Part shown: positions 10,101-19,300 of the stretch, one piece after another
Layout of the letters: the number at the start of each line of letters is the position of its first letter
How positions within the stretch are numbered: the stretch's first letter is position 1
DNA from: Candidatus Micrarchaeota archaeon
GTDB lineage: Archaea > Micrarchaeota > Micrarchaeia > Anstonellales > Anstonellaceae
Assembly (NCBI GenBank): GCA_043810635.1
Contig: JBDRNY010000021.1
Span: forward strand, 1 to 54,040
DNA length: 54,040 nucleotides
Direction: 5' to 3'
Program-made: the position numbers and the translations under genes
Notes under the pieces: model-generated
What the model saw: only the letters and a program-made list of their open reading frames with translations
Told to the model about the DNA's origin: nothing
Databases searched by the model: none

Positions 10101-11084
10101 GCAATTGTAAGGCGGGATACCGTAAAGGCAAATTATATAGAGTGCGGAACAATTGACAAAACAAATAATCAGGATTTGAATTTCTGCGGAAAGAAAACTG
10201 TTTTAAGAAGAGATGTTGTAGGGCTGGCTTCAGAATGCAAGGCAGAATATAATGCAAGGGCTGTTGCATGCCTGCCCAAGCCGCCGCTGGATTTGAAATC
10301 AGGCTATTGGACTGACGAGCAGGTAGCAAGGTTTGAAGCATCAATTCAAAGAGGGGAGCCTGTACTCGGGGTGGACGGCGGATTGGATGGTGATGGAAGC
10401 GATGTGAATTGTGTGAGTTGCCCCCTTCCTTGCAGGGTAAATGAAAATACAGATTATCAAGTATGTAAAGAATATGCCGAACACTCGAATGCAATAGACT
10501 GTGAAAGCCAGGTGCAATGTGATTTGCGCGCAATGCAGAACTCTCCGCCCGAAGTATACAACCCGATTGGATATTGTGGGGTTGATGGGGAGGCATTTAA
10601 CCTTGATAATAATTTATGTGAAAAGCCTCTTGCAGATAAGAGTGCTGCATGCCCTGCAAGATGCAGGCTTTCAATTTCAGGAGCGCTTCCAGTAGGGTGT
10701 GGAGAAGGGGAAATTGCTGATGCATGCAAATACCTTAAGCAGGAGTGTACAGCACAGGTGAAGGGAGCGCCATGCGCTGAATGCGACAAATGCGCTGTTG
10801 TGGAATGCACTGCAAAGCCATATGCATGGACAGAAAGCTGCACTGAGCTGTGCACAGCAGATGACTTGGAGTTAAGCCTCGGGCAACAAACCCCAGAAGC
10901 CCTGCTTTCAACAATTGAAGGGGCAAATGCAAGATACTCTGACTGGCAAACTCTTGGAGCGCTTGGGGTTGCATCATTTGTTCTTCCAATATTTTGCATG
11001 ATCATAACCATTGCATTTATCAGAACCCTCTCGCCATTGCTTGGGGGAGATATTGAAATTCCGGGGATAATGAAGTTGATATAA
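7176..11084 (+). CDS. Polytopic membrane protein, TM-core paralog 3, with a ~950-aa Cys-rich ectodomain inserted between the core and the last TM (1302 aa)
   Basis: It has the TM hairpin LLYFASKFFESEEMAGLAKTELVQAVAGIIILIIFL and the core VLRSFFFTRKLGGLLLAISIGLMIILPACYLL. The ectodomain holds about 80 Cys (manual count) and ten C-P-x-x-C-[RKM] motifs. The final TM and tail read FVLPIFCMIITIAFIRTLSPLLGGDIEIPGIMKLI. Confidence 0.85.
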   Translation: MILNLVKKFAPVVLALLILASAANFAQKNVTELIEAQIQNPLAYWVTNYEAVAILAAIIAIILVALLYFASKFFESEEMAGLAKTELVQAVAGIIILIIFLAFVNTSDWLINYSAENIKSPCLDPNFNPPPQATTINKYAACYTHNLKAMAVSIGKKALGESVKEAREAYSSWGYQSNTIYLLYTGISGRFNAHKRLDSEINGLEFDLATIYITSLEAQEKFLNNIVPVLGPSALLIGIVLRSFFFTRKLGGLLLAISIGLMIILPACYLLAWYTLQVAAYGGKAIGEPESLCPEGCKVLPPWGYLKSKNIDGAQLAMGFYDDEHRVDDYGVYSFADVEEINLKRVENGKEMLTLKDGEAWMDEEKIQVCFPRDNSGWGSAFSAEDSANCPAECRYLPTPTEINCDQSACDKIPAACKAVRAMTEEDFADYCTVEKNKDFACYCPEDCMLDLPFVEEDAGAVNKEMLESKFMQISENANKFAEDPPFDCTKCPVHCRGYYSDIEPQEVTHAGQDNACDKECANCFEAKPDVLTGIPSLRTTTCNSEHTCGDPLSARDAIAQGRLDVCPIECRAIFDGVDEKYKDPYYIYYCEQNFKKVCEGRCPEKCKIKISDVVAMGGCSSPPKFENLAGRACTYEDVKDGWDGNNAKCLMEAEITANCARCPLACRFVNPSSIPEYKEDDLDTEEDESEQLELNENNIEFCSDPDVRRFCTWDSPRDYCNLGVCGVDRETEGPFLCEIEDLSYKYSNLPNNEEYCGTCYTINSAKTTGPQCQVLLYWQNEEGEIPAECSDACNPGTTNARAGGQCNGFCYPRLEIPSGGSCGEYDENSRGEDDRSMVNGAACPLNCRYDYMTKSGEKMPNYALQACGYELDFSDGPKECDTRCEGRVYGTRNKDWCEGRRNANAVCNSDGRTSRVWYHINSAPEVPDMTSSCPCEDDNECNQNTCEDSRGVEYTIGRLPIYSCQRQQTYDGWDAIVRRDTVKANYIECGTIDKTNNQDLNFCGKKTVLRRDVVGLASECKAEYNARAVACLPKPPLDLKSGYWTDEQVARFEASIQRGEPVLGVDGGLDGDGSDVNCVSCPLPCRVNENTDYQVCKEYAEHSNAIDCESQVQCDLRAMQNSPPEVYNPIGYCGVDGEAFNLDNNLCEKPLADKSAACPARCRLSISGALPVGCGEGEIADACKYLKQECTAQVKGAPCAECDKCAVVECTAKPYAWTESCTELCTADDLELSLGQQTPEALLSTIEGANARYSDWQTLGALGVASFVLPIFCMIITIAFIRTLSPLLGGDIEIPGIMKLI

Positions 11085-12241
11085 TGAAAGCCAGGCATGA
11101 AAATAAAAAAAGGAAGAGGAGTATATGGCGCACACCGTTAATTGCAGTTTTGACTATTATGTTTCTTCTGCCGGCAGCTTTTGCAGCGCCAAAATGGGAA
11201 GTTGCAGTTTCGGCTGCAATTGCAATATCAATTCTCGGGGCAGCAATCGCATATCTGGCAGTGCATGCAATGCGGCTTGAGGTGATGAAGCCTGTTGTTT
11301 ATGATGAAATCGGGCAGGTTGTGCTGAATGTAATTATAATCGGGGTGATTATTCTCTCGCTCAGCTATTTTGATGATTCAATAAAAAAGTTTGTATTCGG
11401 ATTTAGCCAGCCTTCAGATACATGCAAGGAATGCTCCAAAGATACAGAGCAATATATTTATTGCAAAGCAAGCGCAAAAAATCCAGATTCGTGCAATTTT
11501 GACCCGAATGCGCCCGTGGAACCGCCTGCTGAGAATTTGCGGGGGTGGGCTTTGAACCTAAATGACCGCTCGCAAAAGCTTTTGGAAAAAAGAATTGACA
11601 ATATGGTGGAATATTCAAATGCAATAGGAGAGCAAAGCTCGCGGAGCGGGATGTGCAACTTTCTTGCAATAGGGTTTACAATTGCGGGATGCTCTTCTTG
11701 GGGAGTATTGCGGGGACCAGTAGGCCAGATGATAAATGTTGCAGGCATGGGAATGATGGATTTGGAAGCTGAAAGGATTTTGCTTCAGTTTGCGCAAAAT
11801 ACTGTGCTTGCACTTTTTCTGCCGCTGGGAATTTTGATGCGTGCGTTGTATATTACAAGGAAGGCGGGCTCTACTTTGATTGCGCTTGCGCTTTCGTTTT
11901 ACTTAATATTTCCTGCAGTAATTTTGATGGGGAATGCTGTTGCAGATGCGTTTATCAAAAATTATCAAGATTATGGAGACATATCAGGACTTGATGCAGG
12001 AAGCATAGAATGCGACCCGTTTGACCCGGATTTGAGGGATTTGAAAAACCAAATAAAGCAGGTTAATGAAGGCGGGAAAAATGATGAGCCTTCAAAATCC
12101 GAAACCCTGATATTCTATGTGCTTGGGCGGAATGTTATGATAACCGCGCTTGCGCTTACAGCAACTCTCGGGGCGGCAGGCGCACTTGGAAAAGGGCTGG
12201 GAGCGGAAATTTATATTAGTGCAATAGCAAGGCTGAGCTGA
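11084..12241 (+). CDS. Polytopic membrane protein, TM-core paralog 4
   Basis: The start overlaps the previous stop (TAATG). It has a signal-like N-terminus (LTIMFLLPAAFAAPK), the hairpin IAYLAVHAMRLEVMKPVVYDEIGQVVLNVIIIGVII, the core FLPLGILMRALYITRKAGSTLIALALSFYLIFP and the tail GLGAEIYISAIARLS. Confidence 0.85.
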   Translation: MKARHENKKRKRSIWRTPLIAVLTIMFLLPAAFAAPKWEVAVSAAIAISILGAAIAYLAVHAMRLEVMKPVVYDEIGQVVLNVIIIGVIILSLSYFDDSIKKFVFGFSQPSDTCKECSKDTEQYIYCKASAKNPDSCNFDPNAPVEPPAENLRGWALNLNDRSQKLLEKRIDNMVEYSNAIGEQSSRSGMCNFLAIGFTIAGCSSWGVLRGPVGQMINVAGMGMMDLEAERILLQFAQNTVLALFLPLGILMRALYITRKAGSTLIALALSFYLIFPAVILMGNAVADAFIKNYQDYGDISGLDAGSIECDPFDPDLRDLKNQIKQVNEGGKNDEPSKSETLIFYVLGRNVMITALALTATLGAAGALGKGLGAEIYISAIARLS

Positions 12242-12468
12242 TGGAAAAAATAAATAAAATGCAGAAAGATGCCCGCATTTTCGCGAAAAAAGCCAGCTAC
12301 AGCTTCTTGCTTGCAATTATGATTGCGCTTCTTTTTTCAAATTTTGCATTTGCAGAAATAATAGCAGAAGTGCAATATTCGGTAAATGACCAGCCGCCAG
12401 GGCAACAGCCTCCTGCAGAAATGCAGAGCAATGATATGCTTCAAACATTTGTTTGGCCCTCATGCGAG

Positions 12469-12478
12469 CCCCCCCCCC
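12469..12478 (+). repeat. Poly-C tract (C10) causing frameshift 1 in paralog 5
   Basis: Sequence reads gag-CCCCCCCCCC-tcatgc. With 9 C the frame reads ...WPSCEPPPSCSGQFYVTYTYSCGG. The tract is flanked by the direct hexamer TCATGC. Confidence 0.9.
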
Positions 12479-13208
12479 TCATGCTCAGGGCAGTTTTATG
12501 TTACTTATACCTATTCCTGCGGAGGGGAAGATGTAGATATTTCGGAATATGATGTTCAGGCAGGCGACCCTATATGGGAATTTTTTATTGCAAAATCATA
12601 CCCGCAATGCCAGAATTTGGATGTTTTGCAAAAAATTGAAGTAAAAGACACAAACCCCCCGGAAGATGAGCTAATTCCGCCCGTTCAAAATCCAATTATA
12701 ATAAACTGGGTGAACCAAAACCTTCCGCCAGATGTTGCAATAGACATGATTAGCCCTGAAGAGCGTGCATACACTCCGGGAGAAGATACGGAAATAGATA
12801 TTTATATTGAGTTTCGGGATTCTGATGATTTGGCAAAAAGGCTGATGACTAATGTACAAATAATGCATGACGGAGAAATAACGGGCAGTGTTTCCTGCAT
12901 TCCCGCGCTCGGAGGGCTGCAATGCACAGAGCAGGGCGATTTGGATAAAATGATCGAAACGCTTGGCGGAAGTTTTATCCACTACGTGATGCGAATAGAC
13001 AGCTCAACATATACACAAGATATTTTGGTTAAGGCAAATGTACAGGATCCGCAGGGGCTGCAAGATGCAGCAGATATGATAATTACTTCTGGAGATTTGC
13101 CAAAAAAGCCTGAAATTTTAGGTTATACTCCTGATGAACCGAGAAATGATGAGGAAATAATTGTTAGTGCAAGGCAGGATGAATTAAATGTTGGAAATCC
13201 AAACAGGC

Positions 13209-13216
13209 ATATATAT
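13209..13216 (+). repeat. (AT)4 dinucleotide repeat causing frameshift 2 in paralog 5
   Basis: Sequence reads c-atatatat-ac. Removing one AT unit gives cat ata tac aaa gtg tat gat = HIYKVYD, which matches the next tandem repeat. Confidence 0.85.
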
Positions 13217-15191
13217 ACAAAGTGTATGATAAAGATGGGGATTTGCAGTTTGAACAAACAGAGCCATTTGAGATGGTATTTCCGCCTCCACCGTCCATAA
13301 CAACTTCATATTCATTCACATGCACACCTGAAATATGCAAAAATAAAATTACTGTGGAAGTAATTGCAATCGGGAACGGGCTGGCTTCAGAATCTGCATT
13401 TATTACTATTGATTTGGATGATGGTGCACCAAGATATCTTATGCCCCCGCTAATCAGGATAGAGCCAGATGATCCTGAATGGGGGGAGGATTTTATTATT
13501 TATACAACACAGCCAGATGAGAGCCTGCCAGCACTTGAGCACAAATATAAAATTTATGAAATTGACGGGGAGGAGCAGGAGGAAATCCTGAGCTTTACCC
13601 TCCCTGTGCAAAACAGGGAAACCCAATATAATTTTGAGTGCGGAAGCGAGTATTGCGACAATCCAATTCTGGTTACAGTGAAAGCAGCAGATGGTTCTGA
13701 TGAATCAGAAGCAGGAAATTTGCTTATACAATTCAGGCCGGTTGCCCTGCCCCCGCCAGTGCTTGTTTCCGCAACTCCGCAGGATGTTTTTGAGCAGCTG
13801 GATTGGGATGGCATTGCCCTGATATTTTCTGAAAGCGATGTTATAATAAATATTGAAGCCGGAGGAGGGGGGCAAACTCCTGATAAGTTTGTTTATGAGG
13901 GCACAATAAACGGGGAAGAAATGGGCATTATTTCAGGCACCAAGCCTGCATCAGAGCTGCAGCAGATGAGAATAAATTGCAATGATATTGGATGCAAATA
14001 CGGGGATTATATAAGGCTGGATATAACAGCATATGAAGGGGTGAGGCAGAGCAGGCCGCTCTCCCTCAACTTTTATGTATCAGACCCAGAGCAGGGCTTA
14101 ATGCCTGCAATTGGAAGAATTTGCAGCAAGAAAGAAATCAACTCACTTATAGTTTATTCTGTAGCAGGGTTTGTTGCAATGATATTTATAATTGCAATAA
14201 CATTTATGCTGGGAAATGCACTCCATCAGCCGAGGTTTTTAGACTGGTCAAAAATGGAAGCAATGCAGATTGTTTTTTCATTTGTATTGTTTGCCTTGAT
14301 ATTTATTGCACTCCAGCTGCAATGCAACCTGAATATTGTTGAATTTAAAAACTGGCTTGGGGGGCAGGGAGGGCTTGCCCTTCGCGGAACTACAATGATG
14401 GAAGCTGCACAAGATTATGTTGAATGGTCGGTGGGGCAAACACACCTTACCCTGGTTATGCTGAGAAGGGATTTGGGGGCAATAAACATGCGCGCAACCT
14501 ATTCAAACTATGACAACCAGGGCTTGGGGCTTGGAATGAACGGATTTAGCTATGCGCCCTATTCAGGAGATTATACCACCACAGGCGCAATGGGAATGTT
14601 AATGAACCTGAATACTGGATTTATGCTGACAAATCTTTTTGAATATTTTTCGCTTGCATTTTTTGCATCCAGCACAGGGTTTCTTATATTTCTGGTGCCT
14701 ATTGGATTTTTGCTGCGCTCGGTGCCTTTCCTGCGCGGGCTTGGAGGGGGATTAGTTGCAATAGGAGTCGGGTTTTATATCATGTACCCGATTATTTTTG
14801 CCATGCTTGCAATCGCGCTTCCGCCGGCAATAACCAATGATGCAAGCAAAGTGTTTGATGACAGGTATTGCGGGGGAAAAGACTGCGGAACAGGAAACAA
14901 TTTGCAGCTGAAAATTGACAAGGTGCAGGCTGATGAGGAGAGCATTACAGGAAAAAACATATTTTCATATTTTGACGACCATCCAAACCCAAAAATAAAT
15001 ACCAACCCTAATGATGAAGAGTTTCCAAGGGTTGATTTGGCCACATTCTTCAGGCTTACTGCAATCAATTTTATAAGAACATTTTTCCTTCCAACTGTCG
15101 GCCTTGTTATAACAATTTCAATCATACGAGATATGTCAGGACTGCTGGGCGATGAAGTTGATGCGACAAAGCTTGTGCAAATGGTGTGATA

Positions 15192-16364
15192 ATGGAAAAT
15201 AGAAAATTAAATGCACGAAAAATCTGGCTTGCGCTTGCCTTTCTTATTGCAATCAATGCAATTATGCCCGCACTAAATGCTGCTGATGAAAGCACATGGG
15301 GAAGTGAGGAAGATGCTGCAAGAGTTAAATATTTCTTCCTGCAGCCGGGGGAGGAAGGGGCAGCGCAGGATACACGGCACCAGTGGAGAGGCATTGCAAT
15401 GCTTGCAATTGCAGTATGCATTTTTGCAAATATACTGGTTTATATGACAGGAAGGGCATTGGGAATGCAAAAAGTGGAAAGGTTTGCAATATCTGAATTT
15501 TACCAGGTAAGCGCATCTGCGATTATGATATTTTTGCTTATTTTGGTAGCAGAGGAAGGGTTTAATTTCCTTGCCCATGAAAGCGTGGGAATACTTCCGG
15601 AAGGCACAACTACAAAATGCGCAGGCGAGGAAAAAAATGTTTGGGAAGAGGGGCCGTTTGGAATAATGAGGTGCAAAATACAGGAAAAAATAATATATTT
15701 GGAAAAGCTTTATGACCAGGCATATGAAAACAACAAAAGAGTAGAATGGAAAACAGCTACATGCATTTATTTCATGAGCCTGCCGGTGTATTGCGGAGAC
15801 TGGAATATTGGCTGGCATGCAACTGTTGAAAAATCGCATTATATTGCGCACAAGATTGCGCCTATTGCAATCAATCTGCATGGCCAGTATATTTTTGCAA
15901 CCTATCTTGAGCAAAATATGCTTGCAGTGTTTTTGCCGCTCGGGCTTATTCTAAGGATTTTTCCGCCATTCAGGGGGATTGGGGCAATGCTTATAGCAAC
16001 ATCAATCGGCTTTTATATAGTGTTTCCAGTGTCATATATTTTGCTTGACCCAAGCACTATAAGGCCTGACCCATCGCAGGTTGTTCCCTATGTTGATGAT
16101 GCAAATGTGGGCCAGTGCTATAGAAGCTTTTCAGGCATGATAACCCTTCTTACCAAGCCACCAGCGCAGGAGCAGGGGGCAGGCGGGGTGCAGCAATTGC
16201 CAGACCCGGATAGGATTGGGAAGGAGATTGCGAACCTGCAGGTTGAGGCATTTTTCTATCCCTTGGCAGCGCTTGCTGCCACAATGTTTTTCATAACAAC
16301 TGCAGCCCCCATACTCGGAGGAGATTCTGGAATGATAATGCATTTCTTGGCAAAGGTTATATGA
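15192..16364 (+). CDS. Polytopic membrane protein, TM-core paralog 6
   Basis: ATG 15192 lies 2 nt after the stop of paralog 5 (the track starts at GTG 15186). It has a signal-like N-terminus (LAFLIAINAIMPALNAADE), the hairpin LVYMTGRALGMQKVERFAISEFYQVSASAIMIFLLI, the core FLPLGLILRIFPPFRGIGAMLIATSIGFYIVFP and the tail APILGGDSGMIMHFLAKVI. Confidence 0.85.
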   Translation: MENRKLNARKIWLALAFLIAINAIMPALNAADESTWGSEEDAARVKYFFLQPGEEGAAQDTRHQWRGIAMLAIAVCIFANILVYMTGRALGMQKVERFAISEFYQVSASAIMIFLLILVAEEGFNFLAHESVGILPEGTTTKCAGEEKNVWEEGPFGIMRCKIQEKIIYLEKLYDQAYENNKRVEWKTATCIYFMSLPVYCGDWNIGWHATVEKSHYIAHKIAPIAINLHGQYIFATYLEQNMLAVFLPLGLILRIFPPFRGIGAMLIATSIGFYIVFPVSYILLDPSTIRPDPSQVVPYVDDANVGQCYRSFSGMITLLTKPPAQEQGAGGVQQLPDPDRIGKEIANLQVEAFFYPLAALAATMFFITTAAPILGGDSGMIMHFLAKVI

Positions 16365-16368
16365 GAGG

Positions 16369-19300
16369 ATGAAAATGGAAGATATAAAAAAAACTGCACT
16401 TTTGTTTGCGATTTTGGCAGCAATTGCCCTCTTTGCATCAGGATGCACCCAACAGCCGAATACAAACCTATCATATGCAGACTGCTGCCAATATTCAGAA
16501 AAAAATTATGAATGCTTTATGGTGATGGAGGGGGATGAGCCGAAAAGAGATGGTGACGGAAGAATCGAGCTTAGTGAATGCGGCATATGCGAAAGATGGG
16601 ATGATTCAAGCGGGCTGTTGTATGACAATGCAGGAAATATTTTGCTGGATAAAAAGAAAATTCCTATCACCCCGGCAGAATGTGAAAATAATTGCAATTT
16701 CCAAAAAGCTGACTGCACAAACGAGGATGAGAGCGGAAACTGCTACCTTGTTGAAAACAACAAAATAAACCAAGATGTTGTTGTTGCCCCGATTTGCAGG
16801 GTTGCACCCGGAGACCCCTGCACCCAAAACGAATGCTCTGCAATGATATGCTCTGAGCAAAAACCAAGAGTAAGGCTTGCAACAAATGAGCAGGGGCTGA
16901 ATGCAATGGCTGAGAAGGGGAGCAGTGCAAGCAAGGATGTGGATGATGTTGGCGGGCTGAAGGGGATGATGTGCACATTTGACAAAATGAGCTCAAAAAC
17001 AACAAGGTTGCTAAAAAAAGGAGACGGATTTATAAATTCATTCAGGCTTGGAATTTCCGGGAGCTTTTCAGATTATGAGCAGGCGCGCTTTTACTTCCCG
17101 CCTTCGGATTTTTATTGCGGAAAGCTGGGGGAAAGGGCTGTTGTTGACAGGTTTGTAAATTATTTGGATGATGGAAAGGTATTGCCTCCGTTTAGGGGCG
17201 GAAATTTTATGGCAAAATTGCATTACTGCCAAAGGGATGGTGAAAAAGATGCAGATGATTCATATTGGTATTGCACAAATCCGCCCGAGCTGAGCGGCCT
17301 GAAATTTATTGTAGGGGAATATGCTTCAGATGAGGCTGCAGAATATGCTTGCGCAAATATTTGCAATTATTGGCAGGGAAAAACCTGCGAAAACAACAAC
17401 GAGCTTTATACTATTGATATTAATATTGCGCCACCGGGGGCAGATGAAAATATAGAAAAATTTGTAGATTATACAAGATATTATAGTTTGCTTGAAAAAG
17501 CTTATCCGATTCCGGACGCCCTTGATTATTACCATATAATGCCGCCCCTTGATGCAGGTGAGGAAGATATGGCAGCGGAGCTGCTAAAGCCGGGACCTGC
17601 AGGGGCACGGGTGTTTGAATGCACTGAAAGCACAGATTGCATGTCAAACATATGCAAAAAAGATGAGTTTAGCACAACCGCATGCTTTGACAAAAATACT
17701 GGCGAGAGGCTGGATTGCGGATGCAGGCTTATTTATGACTGTGATTTTGCATATTTGTGCGATCAGCTATATAAGAAAAGAACTGTTAAGTGGACAACAT
17801 GCTATAAATTAAGAAATGAATTGTGTGCATACAGGATTGGAGAGGGATATGTGCTTGCATGCGAATATAATGCAGTAGATAACAGAAAAGAATTTAGTGC
17901 ATTAAACGATTTTGGAGTGATTACGCTTGAAGATGACAAAATAAGGACTGGAGAATTTTGGGAGTTTGAGCAAACAAAAGACGAGCCACTGGAAATAGGG
18001 ATAATGCAAATGCTTGGGAAAAAAGAAAGGTGTTACAACAAAAACCTTGACCCGCAATGGAAAGACAAAAAAGAAGGAAGATGTCCCTCTGGGTATGAAA
18101 AAGAATTTTATTACAAATGGGTGAATGACCCTACAAGCGTTCGGGGATGTGTTGATGCGGAAGGAGGTTTTCGTGCATGCATAGAAGAGCATTGGGGCGC
18201 CTCGTTTGCGCCGGTTCCGTATGAGCAAATAATAATTGACACATACGGAGGGGGGACAAGCTTTTACACGGCCCCAGATATTACTTTTGAACAATTAAAG
18301 CAAAGAATGCCTGTTATTGATGCGTGTGAAATGCAATATGGAACAGATGTTATAGAATCAGAAACAAATGAAGGGACGCTGGAGGAAGCGCTTAAAAATT
18401 CAGGAGGGTATCCGCAGGATGAGAATGCAAAAAGAATAAACAAAATGTGGCGGCTTAATCGGCAAGGGGAAAATTCAGGGTTTGGAAAATGCATGCGCTC
18501 TGGAAAAGGGGATTATGACATGCCGTCGGTATTGGAATACGGAGTTTGCGAGCCTTGCGGCACCACTCTTTCATTGGCGTTTCAGAAAATTACAACTCAT
18601 GACAAAAGCTATTGCCCAACAACATGCAACACAGTATTTCCAATGTGCTTGTGTGATGATGAAGTGGAAGAACCCAGGGCGCACTTTATTTATTTGCATG
18701 AAACAGCTCCAAAAACATATCCAGAGTATGGATTTATTTCAAGCAAAATAGACGAATACATGGCTGCAGGCATAATGCCTGTGCTTGATATAAAAGAGTA
18801 TGAAATAACCACATCAGCACTTGGTTTGGACAAATATACTAGGTATTGGGATGCAGATGGAGAGGGGAGAGAATGGTGCGAGAATATGGGGGGGGAATGG
18901 GAAGAAGAGGGAAACTTTCTTGATTATTCAGACAGCTGCACCTGGGAAATTGGGCTTGGCGGAGATTATTTTCTAAAAGGATTGGCTGACGGGCGCTCTG
19001 CATCTATTCTTATAGTGGATGATTTGGAAGGGGTGGAAACCAAGCAGAGAATAAGCAATGTAAGATCACAGTGCCCGGATTGCATGCTTGCGCTTGAAAT
19101 AAAGCTTGAGGAGGGAGAGGTGCAGAAGGCAATGGAAGACGGCACCTACCCGCAAAGAGTTTCAGATATAATAAGAGAGTTTAGCGAAGAAAAGGAATAT
19201 GATGAATACAGATTTTCAGATCCTTGGGGAGGGATGCCAAAGCCGCCGCAGATAGCAGATGTGGATATTTTAGTGCTTAATATGAATTTGGAAGGTGCAA

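Larger units (their letters stand above)
12241..15189 (+). pseudogene. TM-core paralog 5 with a ~600-aa N-terminal ectodomain of Ig-like tandem repeats. As assembled, the reading frame is broken twice at simple-sequence repeats (three ORF pieces).
   Basis: ORFs 12241-12552, 12386-13300 and 13222-15189 join into one protein if the C10 tract (12469-12478) is read as C9 and (AT)4 (13209-13216) as (AT)3. The repeat homology across the second junction supports this join (RHIYKVYDKDGDLQ versus HKYKIYEIDGEEQ). The C-terminal part carries the hairpin ITFMLGNALHQPRFLDWSKMEAMQIVFSFVLFALIF, the core LVPIGFLLRSVPFLRGLGGGLVAIGVGFYIMYP and the tail MSGLLGDEVDATKLVQMV. Confidence 0.75.
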
